The notes below the pieces were generated by a model. That model had not been told where the DNA came from. It did not search any database and saw nothing but the letters and a program-made list of their open reading frames with translations. Made by a program: the position numbers and the translations under genes. From the NCBI GenBank assembly GCA_038087875.1, contig CM075995.1:6822001-6886000 (forward strand): a DNA stretch of 64,000 bases, read 5' to 3'. The DNA comes from Malacoraja senta (taxonomy: Eukaryota). Below are positions 49,220-62,298 of the stretch, one piece after another; within the stretch, counting starts at the first letter, position 1, and every line of letters begins with the position of its first letter.

Positions 49220-49256
49220 TGCATATATAATATATGTATATATATATATGCATATA

Positions 49257-49296
<40 letters not shown>

Positions 49297-49323
49297 TATA
49301 TATATATATATATACATATATGC

Positions 49324-49361
<38 letters not shown>

Positions 49362-49398
49362 GCATATGCATATATATATATGCATATAATAATAATAC

Positions 49399-49440
<42 letters not shown>

Positions 49441-49443
49441 ATA
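49220..49443. repeat. (TA)n microsatellite
   Basis: Direct reading. Confidence 0.95.
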
Positions 49444-49751
49444 TCTATAATACTAAACTCTTCGTCTTGTTTGTGACTGTGTGTGTGTGTGTGTGTGTGA
49501 ATATCTGATTAATTCCTATTTTCTACCACAAACGCTAGGCCACAGCCTTCCCATTTTCACACATTCTACTTACATTTTTCCCGTTGAGGTGATAAACATC
49601 TTCCCGTCGCATTCCCACCTATATTTCCAAAGTTTTTAATCATTTCAAGTTTTAAGAACAGCCCGAAAACTCACCCTTTTCGGAACCCCCCCCCCCCCCC
49701 CAGAGTGACGTCAATGCACTCGCAGGGCAGGACGAGACATTCTCCCTCTAC
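49444..49751 (+). mobile_element. Possible 5' end of a third Helitron-like family, truncated by the gap
   Basis: A|TCTATAATACTAAACTCT resembles the starts of families A and B and follows (TA)n; the 3' end is not visible. Confidence 0.5.
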
Positions 49752-49951
49752 NNNNNNNNNNNNNNNNNNNNNNNNNNNNNNNNNNNNNNNNNNNNNNNNN
49801 NNNNNNNNNNNNNNNNNNNNNNNNNNNNNNNNNNNNNNNNNNNNNNNNNNNNNNNNNNNNNNNNNNNNNNNNNNNNNNNNNNNNNNNNNNNNNNNNNNNN
49901 NNNNNNNNNNNNNNNNNNNNNNNNNNNNNNNNNNNNNNNNNNNNNNNNNNN
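49752..49951. other. Assembly gap (200 N)
   Basis: Run of N. Confidence 1.
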
Positions 49952-50417
49952 TTTCCTCCACCACTCCAATTTAGTCTTTGTTTTTCATTGCTTTTGTCTC
50001 AAGATGTTTCCTGGGGCATGTTCCTCTTTGCCTTTCTAAGTGCGTACGTGATTACAGGTTCAGGAACAGCTTCTTCCTTACAGCCATCAGCCTATTAAAC
50101 ACTGCAACCTCCAAATAAACTCTGAACTACATAAACTATTAATGTTATTATTGCACTTTTAATGTTTGTTTTATGTGTACATATGTGTGCGTGTGTGTAT
50201 ATAATATATACATATATCGTCTGTCACCAGTCTGACAGTCCCCGATTACATTTTATCTCTGTTTGCTTTGTTGTCACCTTCTCCTGGCTAACAATGATCA
50301 ATTCTACATTTTCCTTGAACACCATCTCTTTTGATGTCTTGTTTTCACACCTTACCCTTCCTTATTTCTGTGTCTCCCTCTCCCCTGACTCTCAGTCTGA
50401 AGAAGGGTGTACATATA

Positions 50418-53400
50418 TCTATATTACTAAAAGATCTTGACCGCTTTTGACTCACTGCGATGTGATTTCCGAGAGAACGCCGCCACTTACGGCCGTCATT
50501 TTTGGCCACCTCACTCAGAGCTCCCCTCCACCGGACTGGACCGGAGGATTTTTCCCATCGATGAAAAATCAGAGAGATATTAATGTTTTTAAAAAGTCGC
50601 CATTCTCTCTGCTGCCCCTGCTGTGGGAGGGGGAGGGACTATAAAACCCGGAAGTGGTGTGCCTCACTCAGTCTCTGCAAGATGGAGGAAACGAGAAGGT
50701 CACGTTTCTCTGAGCTCTGAATAACACTGAGCACATGTCTACTCAACTGTGAGTGCCCTTAATGTGGTTTGAAATGAAAATATGGTTGCTTTGAAATGCT
50801 GCACTGCAAAAAAAATGGCTGTTGTTGGTGGTGGTAACTGCTTTGAAAGGCTGCACTGCAACAAAAAAAATGGCTGTTATTGGTGGTGGTAACTGCTTTG
50901 AAAGACTGCACTGCAAAAAAAATGGCTGTTGTTGGTGGTGGTAACTGCTTTGAAAGGCTGCACTGCAAAAAAAAAGGCTGTTTTTGGTGGTGGTAAATGT
51001 TTTGAAAGGCTGCACTGCAAAAAAATGGCTGTTGCTGGTTGTGGTAACTGCTTTGAAAGGCTGCACTGCAAAAAAAATGGCGGTTGTTGGTGGTAGTAAC
51101 TGCTTTGAAAGGCTGCACTGCAAAAAATGGCTGTTGTTGGTGGTGGTAACTGCTTTGAAAGGCTGCACTGCAAAAAAATGGCTGTTGTTGGTGGTGGTAA
51201 CTGCTTTTAAATGGCTGCACTGGGGAAAAAGGCTGTTGTTGGTGGTGGTAACTGCTTTGAAAGGCTGCATTACAAAAAAAATGGCTGTTGTTGGTGGTGG
51301 TAACTGCTTTAAAAGGCTGCACTGCAAAAAAAATGGCTGTTGTTGGTGGTGGTAACTGCTTTGAAAGGCTGCACTGCAACAAAAAAAATGGCTGTTGGTG
51401 GTGGTAACTGCTTTGAAAGACTGCACTGCAAAAAAAAATGGCTGTTGTTGGTGGTGGTAACTGCTTTGAAAGGCTGCACTGCAAAAAAAATGGCTGTTGT
51501 TGGCGGTGGTAACTGCTTTGAAAGGCTGCACTGCAAAAAAATGGCTGTTGTTGGTGGTGGTAACTGCTTTGAAAGGCTGCACACAAAAAAATGTCTGTTG
51601 TTGGTGGTGGTAACTGCTTTTAAATGGCTGCACTGGGGGGAAAAAGGCTATTGTTGGTAGTGGTAACTGCTTTGAAAGGCTGCATTACAAAAAAAATGGC
51701 TGTTGTTGGTGGTGGTAACTGCTTTGATAGGCTGCACTGCAAAAAAAAATGGCTGGTTTTGGTGGTGGTAACTGCTTTTAAATGGCTGCACTGGGGAAAA
51801 AAAGGCTGTTGTTGGTGGTGGTAACTGCTTTGAAAGGCTGCATTACAAAAAAAAATGGCTGTTGTTGGTGGTAACTGCTATAAAAGGCTGCACTTCAAAA
51901 AAAAAGCTGTTGGTGGTGGTAACTGCTTTGAAAGGCTGCACTGCAAAAAAAAGGCTTTTGTTGGTGGTGGTAACTGCTTTGAAAGGCTGCTGCACTGCAA
52001 ACAAAATGGCTGTTGTTGGTGGTGGTAACTGCTTTGAAAGGCTGCACTGCAAAAAAAAATGGCTGTTGTTGGTGGTAACTGCTTTGAAAGGCTGCACTGC
52101 AAAAAAAAAAGGCTGTTGGTGGTGGTAACTGCTTTGAAAGGCTGCACTGCAAAAAAAAGGCTTTTGTCGGTGGTGGTAACTGCTTTGAAAGGCAGCACGG
52201 CAAAAAAAAAATGGCTGTTGTTGGAGGAAACTTGACAACTTCTTGTTTGCACTGGATATTGATTTTAGATAAAACGCTACCACTTACGGCTGTGATTTTT
52301 GAGTAAGACACTCAGTTCCTCGCCATACATCAGGTGCAGAGGATTCTTCCCATCAATGGAAAATAAAAGTGTCATTAGTGTTTAAAAAAATGTTGAGAAT
52401 CTCTCTCCTGTCAATCACAGTTGGAGGGGGAGGGATTATAAAACCCGTAAGTGTGGGTGTGGCTCAGTCTCTGCAAGATGGGGGAGAGAGAGGTCACGAC
52501 TCTGTCTGAGCTGTGAATCATCTGAACTCAATGAATGTCTACTGAACTGTGAGTGTGGTGTTTATGTGGTGTTATAGTGGTTTTATGGTGGTTTCATCCT
52601 GCTTGAAATGGTAGGAAACTGCATTTGAATGTGGTGGCCTTGCACCCTGCTTGAAATGGTATGAAACTGCACTTCAATTTGGTTGTCTTGCACCCTGCTT
52701 GAAGTGGTATGAAACTGCACTTGAATTTGGTGGCCTTGCACCCTGCTTGAAAAGGCATGAAATAGCACTAGCATTTGGTGGCCTTGCACCCTGCTTGAAT
52801 TGACATGAAACTGCACTTGAATTTGGCGGACTTGCACCCTGCTTGAAGTGCCATGAAACTGCACTTGAATTTGGTGGCCTTGCATCCTGCTTGAAATGGA
52901 ATGAAACTGCACTTGAATTTGGTGGCCTTGCACTCTGCTTGAAGTGGTTGGAAACTGCACTTGAATTCGGTGGCCTTGCACCCTGCTTGAAGTGGTAGGA
53001 AACTGCACTTGAATTCGGTGGCCTTGCACCCTGCTTGAAGTGGTAGGAAACTGCACCTGAATTCGCTGGCCTTGCACCCTGCTTGAAGTGGTAAGAAACT
53101 GCACTTGAATTCGGTGGCCTTGCACCCTGCTTGAAGTGGTATGAAACTGCAATTGAATTCGGTGGCCTTGCACCCTGCTTGAAGTGGTAAGAAACTGCAC
53201 TTGAATTTGGTGGCCTTGCACCCTGCTTGAAGTGGTAGGAAACTGCACCTGAATTTGGTGGCCTTACACCCTGCTTGAAGTGGTATGAAACTGCAATTGA
53301 ATTTGGTGGCCTTGCACCCTGCTTGAAGTGGTAAGAAACTGCACTTGAATTTGGTGGCCATGCACCCTGCTTGAAATGGTAGGAAACTGCATTTGAATTT

Positions 53401-53713
53401 GGTTGCCTTGCACCCTGCTTGAAATGGAATTTCAAGGAATAGCCATGAGTCAACTGCCAGCCCACCAGCCGTGAGTGAGCTGCCAGCACATCAGGCGTGA
53501 GGGACTGAGCTGCCACCCGAAGAATCCATTTGGCCCACAATGTCCATACTAACCAGTCCCTTCAGCCCACAATACCCATACTAGCGCTCCAGAAAGCCCC
53601 CCCCCCCCCCCCACTGGCTACCAATATTGGAATTGGTGGAGAGGTGGAATATTGCATTGGGGGACCGGCCCTCCCGTGTGAACATGGGACGCAACGGGTC
53701 CCACATAGTCTAT
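50418..53713 (+). mobile_element. Helitron-like family A, second copy (arrays at 50785-52225, ~28 units, and 52594-53430, ~17 units)
   Basis: Same 5' end and same left flank as 33078; 3' GGGACGC-aac-GGGTCCC-ACATAGT-CTAT (CTAG mutated). Confidence 0.82.
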
Positions 53714-53751
53714 TGTGTGTATATATATATATTATATCTATCTATCTTCTA

Positions 53752-56401
53752 TCTATTATTATATAAAACTCTCTGGCTGTCGTCCGTCTGTACGGCTGTA
53801 CGTCTGTACGTCCAACGTTCTGCTTGACTTTCCCGCCTTTGATACCGCCCCGCGCCCGCGCGGCGCGCGGAAACGCCGATATTTTTTACCGTTTCTAAAG
53901 AGGTTACGTTTATCTTTACGAATAGACGATCCCGATTAAATTTGGTCGTGTTTAGGTACGCTTTTTAAAATAAAATACCTCTACCCCCCCCAAACCAAAC
54001 ATTTCAAAATGTTTAAAAAAACAGCTCAGCCGTAGAATGTTAGTAAAGATTCCGTTGTGTGATGTCACAATGCACAATGATCACAGATGTCCAATCGGAA
54101 TGGATCCATTTACATATGCCTTTGCGGCGACCCAAGCCCCGGCCCCTCCCCCCCAACCCCCGCAGCATTGGGCATTGTGACATCACAAAACGGAACCTTC
54201 ATTTACATTCTATTGCTGAGAGCTGTTTGTTTAACATTTTTAAATGTCCCCATTCCCTATCACCCCCACACACGTGGCGACGCCCTGCGACACGTGTGAC
54301 AAATCGAAATGAATCCGTTTACATATGCCTTGGCAGCAGCCCCAGCCCCAGCCCCTCCCCCCACCCCCGCAGCCTGTGTCACGTGTGTGGCAATAGAGAA
54401 AGAGGATTGGGGGTGATAGGGAATGGGTAACAGATGGACTGTCCCTACCCCTCCTACTTCAACTCTCCCTCCCCACTCTTCCCCCTCTCTCCTCCCCCCC
54501 TCCCTCCCCTCCCACACCCTCTCTTCCCCCTCCACCACCCCTCTTCACCCCCATCTCCCCCTACCCCCTTCCCCTCTCTCTGGCACCACTCCCCGCTACC
54601 CCTCTGCCCCTCACTCACCACTCTTCCCCTCTCCCTCCCCCACCTCTATCCCTCCCCCCTCCCTCTCTCCCTCTCTTCCCCCTACTCCTCTCCCCTTCCC
54701 CTCATCCCCTCTCTCCACCTCTAACATCCCCTCCCCCCCTCCCCCCTTCCTGCCCTCCCCGCTCTCCTCCCACTCCCCACTCTCCTCCCCGTCCCTCTCC
54801 CCCCACCCTGCTCTCTTCTCCCTCACCAACTCTCCCCTTTCCTCCTCCCCCTCTCTCCTCCCTCCCATCCCTCCCCTCTTCTCTCCCCACCCCCTCCCCC
54901 CCTCTTCTCTCCCAACCCCGTCGCCACCCTCCACCCTCCCCACACCTCTCTACCCTTCTCCTCGCCTTACCCACCCCTCTCTCTTCCCCCTCTCCTCACC
55001 CCTCTCCCTCTCACCCCCTTCCTCCTCCCACCCCCATTACTCTCTCCCACATCCCACTTCCCTCTCTCACCCCGTCCCCTTCCCCCTACCCCGCTATCCC
55101 TCTTCAACCACTCCCCCTACACCTCTCCCCCTCCCTCTCTCCCACTTCCACCACTCCCCCTACACCTCTCCATCTCCCTCCCCATTCTTCCACTTAACTC
55201 CCAAACCCATCCCCATCTCCCTCCACAACCCCCTCCCCCACCCCTCTCCCCCCTCCCTTCTCTCTCACTCCCCACTCTTCCACTCTCCCTCCCCCACCTC
55301 TATCCCTCCCCCCTCCTCTCCCTCTCTTCCCCCTACTCCTCTCCCCTTCCCCTCATCCCCTCTCTCCACCTCTAACATCCCCTCCCCCCCTCTCCCCCCT
55401 TCCTGCCCTCCCCGATCTCCTACCACTCTCCTCCCCCTCCCTCTCCCCCACCCTGCTCTCTTCTCCCTCACCAATTTCTCCCCTTTCCTCCTCCCCCTCT
55501 CCCCTCCCTCCCCCTCTCCTCTTCTCTCCCCACACCGTCTCCCTCTCCCCTCTTCTCTCCCCACCCCGTCTTCCTCTCCACCCCTCCCCGCCTGTGTTTG
55601 GGGGGTGGTTAGTGTGAGTGTGATGCCGCAGCCCCCCCCCCCTCCCGCAAACGCGCGTTGGGAAAACAGCCCGCCAACAGTCTCTCTGTCTCTAAGACAG
55701 AACTGAAGATGCTTGAAAATCAAAAAAATGCTTCATAACCTCAGCGGGTGCAGCAGCATCTATGTATCAAAAGAAATAGACAACGTTTCCTGAAAACCCG
55801 TCTGAGGATGGGTTTCCGCCAAAAACATTGCCTATTTCCTTCACTCCATAGATGCTGCTGCACCCGCAGTGTTTCTCGAGTTTTATTGTGTGTACCAGTC
55901 TATCTGTCTCTCCCCTCTCTCTCTCTCTCTGCCCTTCTCTCTTCACAGCCCGCGACTCAACTCATGCACGCCTGCTCCAACCCACCCCCTTCACCTCTCT
56001 CCCCATCCTCTTCTTCCTCTCTCCACCCCTCTCCTCTCTCACCCTCCTCTCTCCCCACCTTCCTCACCCCCCTTCCTCTCAACCCTCCTCCTCCCCACCT
56101 CACAATTTTTTTTTTAACATTAAAATTTCACTCTCTACACTACCCCCCCCCCTCGAGACGTACCTGAGAGGTGAGGGCTATTCGTCAGTGGATAGGGTGG
56201 AGATGGAATAAAAGAAGAAAATTAAAATATTAATATAATATCAAGGGGTGTGATGAGTGTGTGTGTTTGTGGGTGCCAGATTCACACCCCGCAACCCTGC
56301 TTTGGAGGTACAGAACCAACGGGTGGTTAGTGTGACGTCACTGCCCCCCGCCCCAAACGCAGGTTCGGTGTCCAGACCCAACGGGTCTGCACTTGGTCTA
56401 G
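53752..56401 (+). mobile_element. Non-autonomous Helitron-like element, family B, copy 1
   Basis: 5' A|TCTATTATTATATAAAACTCTC plus (CGTCTGTA)n; 3' hairpin CAGACCC-aac-GGGTCTG (56373-56389) then CACTTGGT-CTAG|T. Confidence 0.82.
54450..55590. repeat. CT-rich polypyrimidine tract with an internal duplication (shorter version at 57070-57545)
   Basis: Direct reading; it is the source of the Pro/Ser/Leu ORFs. Confidence 0.9.
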
Positions 56402-58071
56402 TATACTTTTAAAACTCTCTGGCTGTCGTCCGTCTGTACGTCTGTACGTCTGTACGTCTGTACGTCCAACGTTCTGCTTGACTTGTCCCGCCTTTGATAC
56501 CGCCCCGCGCCCACGCAGCGCGCGGAAACGCCGATATTTTTTACCGTTTCTAAAGAGGTTACGTTTATCTTTACGAATAAAGAAAAACCTTCATTTACAT
56601 TCTATTGCTGAGAGCTGTTTGTTTAACATTTTGAAATTTCCCCATTCCCTATCACCCCACACACGTGGCGACGCCCTGCGACACGTGTGACAAATCGAAA
56701 TGAATCCGTTTACATATGCCTTTGCAGCACCCACAGCCCCAGCCCCTCCCCCCAACCCCACAGCCTGTGTCGAAAGGCGTCGCCACGTGTGTGGGGGGGA
56801 TAGGGAATGGGGAAATTTCAAAATGTTTTAAAAAAAACAGCTCTCAGCAATAGAATGTAAATGAAGGTTCCGTTTTGTGATGTCACAATGCACAATGCTC
56901 AAAGATGTCCAATCGAAATGAACCAATTTACATATGCCTTTGCAGCAGCAACAGCACCAGCCCCTCCCCCCACCCCCCGCAGCCTGTGTCGAAGGGCGTC
57001 GTCACGTGTGTGGCAATAGAGAAAGAGGATTGGGGGTGATAGGGAATGGGTAACAGATGGACTGTCCCTACCCCTCCTACTTCAACTCTCCCTCCCCACT
57101 CTTCCCCCTCTCTCCTCTCCCCTCCCTCCCCTCCCACACCCTCTCTTCCCCCTCCACCACCCCTCTTCACCCCCATCCACCCACCCCCTTCACCTCTCTC
57201 TTGCACCACTCCCCGTAACCCCTCTGCCCCTCACTCCCCACTGTTCCCCTCTCCCTCACCCACCTCTCTCCCTCCCCGTCCCTCTCTCCCTCTCTTCCCC
57301 CTACTCCTCTCCCCTTCCCCTCATTCCCTCCACCCCTCTCCCCCCTTCCTGCCCTCCCCGCTCTCCTCCCACTCCCCACTCTCCCCACCTCCCTCTCACC
57401 CACCCTGATCTCCTCTCCCTCCCCAATCTCTCCCCTTTCCTCTTCCCCCTCTCCCCTCCCTCCCCCTCTCCTCTTCTCTCCCTACCCCGTCTCCCTCTCC
57501 CCTCTTCTCTCCCCACCACGTCTTCCTCTCCACCCCTCCCCCGCCTGTGTTTGGGGGGTGGTTAGTGTGAGTGTGATGCCGCAGCCCCCCCTCTCCCTCC
57601 CGCAAACGCGCGTTGGGAAAACAGCCCGCCAACAGTCTCTCTGTCTTTAAGACAGAACTGCAGATGCTTGAAAATCAAAGGTACACAAAAAAATGCTTCA
57701 TAACCTCAGCGGGTGCAGCAGCATCTATATCAAAAGAAATAGACAACGTTTCGTGAAAAAACCGTCTGAGGATGGGTTTCCGCCAAAAGCATTGCCTATT
57801 TCCTTCACTCCATAGATGCTGCTGCACCCGCAGTGTTTCTCGAGTTTTATTGTGTGTACCAGTCTATCTGTCTCTCCCCTCTCTCTCTCTCTCTGCCCTT
57901 CTCTCTTCACAGCCCGCGACTCAACTCATGCACGCCTGCTCCAACCCACCCCCTTCACCTCTCTCCCCCATCCTCTTCTTCCTCTCTCCACCCCTCTCCT
58001 CTCTCACCCTCCTCTCTCCCCACCTTCCTCACCCCCCTTCCTCTCAACCCTCCTCCTCCCCCACCTCACAA
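56402..58071 (+). mobile_element. Helitron-like family B, copy 2 (head-to-tail with copy 1, interrupted by L1)
   Basis: Begins directly after CTAG with tatacttttaaaactctctggctgtcg; homologous to copy 1 up to cacctcacaattttt (copy 1 position ~56105). Confidence 0.82.
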
Positions 58072-58505
58072 TTTTTTTTTATTTTTTTTTTTTTTATTTT
58101 TTTTTTAATTTTTATTTATTAGAAGTACATTACATCACAGCCACATACATTAATACTCGTCATTTATATCTTCTTACAATTAATGTACTCCCTTTATTTA
58201 TTTTTTTTACACTAAAGAAAGAAAAGATTGAAAGAGAGAAGAAAGTGAAGGAAAAAGTGCAAGTGTAGAAAAGTGTAGAAAATGTAACAACAAAAAAAAA
58301 AGGACGAGGACCCTATGAGAGCGAAATTAAAAACAAAAAGAAAAAGAGTTAAGAAATAGGCCCTAAGAAAAGAAAAGAGAGAGAGAAAAAAAGAAAAACA
58401 AATGTTTTTTATTGAGCATCACGTAAATAGGACATACCAACTCTTCAACTATCATCCCCCCTTACCCGACCTCAATTTTTTATTTTTTTAAAGTACTTTT
58501 GCACC

Positions 58506-61500
58506 CTATGTTTGTAATAATTCTATAAATGCAGACCACGTCAGGTGGAAGTGATCTGGTTTACCTGCTAGGAGGAGTCTTATCTCTTCAAGGTGTAGTG
58601 TTTCAAACATATTTGAAATCCACATATTTATAGTTGGTATTGGAGCCTTCTTCCAAAATTTTAGAATTAGCTTTTTTCCAGTTATTAACCCATAATCCAT
58701 TAATTTCTTTTGAAACACATTTAGTTCTGGATCATCTTCCGTTATTCCGAAGATAATCCATTCTGCTTTGGGTATCAGTCTTGTTTTAAATAACTTTGTA
58801 AAGATTTCAAAAATTTCATTCCAAAATTTTTGAATTTTTGTACAGAAGACAAATGAGTGCGCTATAGTTGCTTCTTGGGATTGACATTTATCACAAATAG
58901 ATGATACGTTTGGGAAAATTTTATGAATTTTAGTTTTCGAATAATATAATCTATGTAAAATTTTAAATTGTATTAAAGTGTGTCTTACATTAATCGAGCA
59001 TTTATGTACTTTTAATAAGTATTCATTCCAACTTTCCTTTGAAATTTTAATAGCTAACTCTTGTTCCCAGTCTCTTCTGATACCCTCCGTAGATGGTATT
59101 TGTACATTTAAGATAATATTGTACAAATATGATATTAAGTTTGTTGATTCCGCTTTTGTCTGCATTGCCTCGTCCAGTACATCTGCTGGGTTATTATGAT
59201 GATCTTTTATATATTTTTTCAAATAGTCGCATATTTGAAAGTATTTAAAATATTGATTATTTCCGAGTTTATATTTTATTTGTAATTGTTGAAATGAAAG
59301 TAATTTTCCAGTTTCATACAAGTCACCAAGCGTTTTAATTCCTAGTCTATCCCATTGTGTATAAGCTTTATCTATAATAGAAGGACTAAACGAAGGGTTA
59401 TTGACTATAGGTAATAAAAGTGATAAGTTTCTTAATTTTAAATTTTGTTTTATTTGTTTCCAAATACGGATTGTACTATGAATAATTGGGTTCTTATTAT
59501 AGTTTATGTTATTCAATTTCATTGGAGAGAGGAGGATCGCTCCAATGTTTCTAGAGGAGCAATCCTCTTTCTCCATTACAATCCAGTCTACTTGCTGGGC
59601 GGAGTTATCCATCAGTTGAATCATGTTTTTAATATTTACTGACCAATAATAATACATAAAATTGGGTAGTGCTAGACCCCCCAATACTTTAGATTTATTC
59701 AGATGGGTTTTTTGTATTCTATGTGATTTATAGTCCCATATAAAATTAGTGATATCTGAGTCGAGTTTTTTAAAAAACTTCTTAGGTAAGTATATAGGAA
59801 TTGATTGAAATAGGTATAAAATTTGTGGTAAAAAGATCATTTTTATTGCGTTTATTCGGCCTATTAAAGACATCGGAAGCGTTTTCCAGAATTTAATTAA
59901 TGTATTCAGTTTATTAAGTAGGGGGTCAAAATTTGCCCTGAGCATACCTTGATATGCTCTGGTAATTTCGATTCCCAAATATTTAAATTTTTCTGTAGCT
60001 ATTTTAAAAGGGAATTTTAAAAGATGTGTTGAATCTTTCGGTTTTATTGACATAATTACACTTTTATTCCAATTTATTCTATATCCAGAAAAAGATCCGA
60101 AGTCTTCAATTAAATTTAATATATTTGGTATAGTGATTTGAGGTTTTGTAATATACAATAATATATCATCCGCGTATAAAGATATTTTATTATATGAGTC
60201 TTTAGTATTATATCCATGAATATCAGGGTGTATTCTAATTTTTTCTGCTAGCGGTTCAATAATGAGAGCAAACAGCTGTGGTGATAATGAGCATCCTTGT
60301 CTATTTCCCCCTTGATAGTTGAAATTTCGAGGATAATATGTTATTAGTAAGTATTCTAGCTGTAGGTTTGTTATATAGTAACTTAATCCATAAAATAAAA
60401 TTCTCTCCCAGTTGAAATTTTTGTAATACTTTATCCATATAATTCCATTCTACTTGATCAAATGCTTTTTCAGCATCCAGCGAAATAATTGATAATTCTT
60501 GATCTTCAGATTTGTGTGAGTGCATTATGTTGAGTAGACGTCTCATATTATTAGAAGAGTATCTCTTAGGGATAAACCCTGTCTGATCTGGGTTTATTAA
60601 TTTACTAATGTATTTACTTAATCTTCTGGCTAATGTTTTCGCTAATATTTTTTGATCTGTGTTTAACAATGCTATAGCTCTATATGAGCCAGGTTCTTCT
60701 AAATCCTTATTTTTCTTAGGTATTAATGTAATCGTTGATTCCGCTAATGTATCAGGTAGTATTCGTTTTTTAAAAGCGTATTGGTACATTTTTTGTAATC
60801 TTGGTATTATTTTATCATAAAAGTTTTTATAAAATTCATTAGTAAATCCATCAGGGCCTGGTGTTTTTCCATTTTTTAGTGAGTTTATTGTATCTTCTAA
60901 TTCCTTAATTGAGATTTGTGCACCCAGTTCCTCTTGTTCCTTCAGCTCTAACTTTGGAAGATTACAGGTATCCAAGAACTTTGTGATATTATTGGAATCA
61001 ATTATCGTTTTAGATGTATACAAATTCTCGTAAAATTGCGCAAATCTTTTATTAATATCCTTCGGTGTTGTTAATAATTCCCCTTTATCTGATTTGATCT
61101 TTGGTATAGTATGTTCCTTTTCTCGTTTTTTTAGCTGGCGAGCCAAAAGTTTATGCGGTTTATCCCCAAATTCAAAGTGCTCTTGTTTTGTAATTTGAAA
61201 AAGTCTTATAAGTTTGGCAGATAATAATTTATTTAATTTAAATTTTAAAATTATTATTTTATTATGTTTATCTATTGTTGGATCTTTAGCATTATCTATA
61301 TCCATTTGTCTAATAAGTTCTTCTAACTGTCTTTGTTCATTCTTATTCTTTTTATTTTGAAAAGCTTGATATGAAATTATAATACCCCTAATGTATGCTT
61401 TAAAAGATTCCCAAAGTAAAGTAGGCGATATATCTGAAGTATCATTTGTTTGAAAAAAGACCTCCATTTGTTCTTTTAAATATATACTCGCTTGTGGATC

Positions 61501-62298
61501 TTTTAAAATTTGAGAGTTAAATCTCCAGAATGAATTATTCTTAGACAGTCCTTCCAGTTTTAAAAAGAAAGTTAGTGGAGAATGGTCTGAAATTGAATTT
61601 GTATGATATATTGCATTAGATGTTTGGGGGATTAATTTTGTATCCAGCAGAAAGTAGTCTATACGTGAGTATGTCTTATGTACCATTGAGTAAAACGAAT
61701 ATTCCCTGCCAGTTGGATTCACAATTCTCCAAACATCTGCTATATTAGTGTTGTTTATGTAGGTATTGAGGAGTTCCCCAGTTTTCGATTTCATATTCCC
61801 TCTCTGTTTTTGACTTGATTTATCTAAGTACGGGTCTAAAACACAATTAAAGTCTCCGCCTATTATAACATTTTGATAGTTTGACTCTGCAATTATATTG
61901 AAGATTTTATTGAAAAAGTGGGGGTTATCAAAGTTAGGGGCATATATATTTACCAAAGTAAGTGGAGTGTCATGGATTTCTCCATTAACTATTAGGTATC
62001 TCCCTTCTATATCTGTTATAATATTCTTTGCTTTAAATGGTATACCTTTTCTTATGATAATTGACGTGCCTCTAGATTTTGAAGTGAATGAAGAGTGGTA
62101 TGTTTGACCTATCCATTTCGCCCTCAGCCTAACTTGGTCCTGAGGTTTTAGGTGTGTTTCTTGTAGGAAGGTAATGTCAGAATTATACATTTTTAGCTGA
62201 GCTAATATCTTACCCCTTTTGATAGGTTCATTAATACCTCTTATATTCCAACTACAAAATGAGACTCCTCCTAGGTTCTTTTGTGTGGTGTCATGCAT
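58506..62298 (-). CDS. L1 ORF2 (APE endonuclease, RT, CCHC) with one +1 frameshift at 60307-60311
   Basis: SWNIRG, FLQETH, NIYAPN, GGDFN, YSRIDY, SDH; KTPGPDG, SLDAEKAFD, RQGCSLSP, YADD (60165-60176), FKYLGI, CDKC-x8-H-x4-C. Removing one base gives 1263 aa. Confidence 0.93.

Noticed and set aside
54423..55706. 427-aa Pro/Ser-rich extensin-like ORF
   Set aside because: Low-complexity CT tract; the frame is not preserved in the second copy.
58506..62298. Two separate genes or a programmed frameshift
   Set aside because: The break falls inside the RT domain at a homopolymer; L1 ORF2 is a single ORF.
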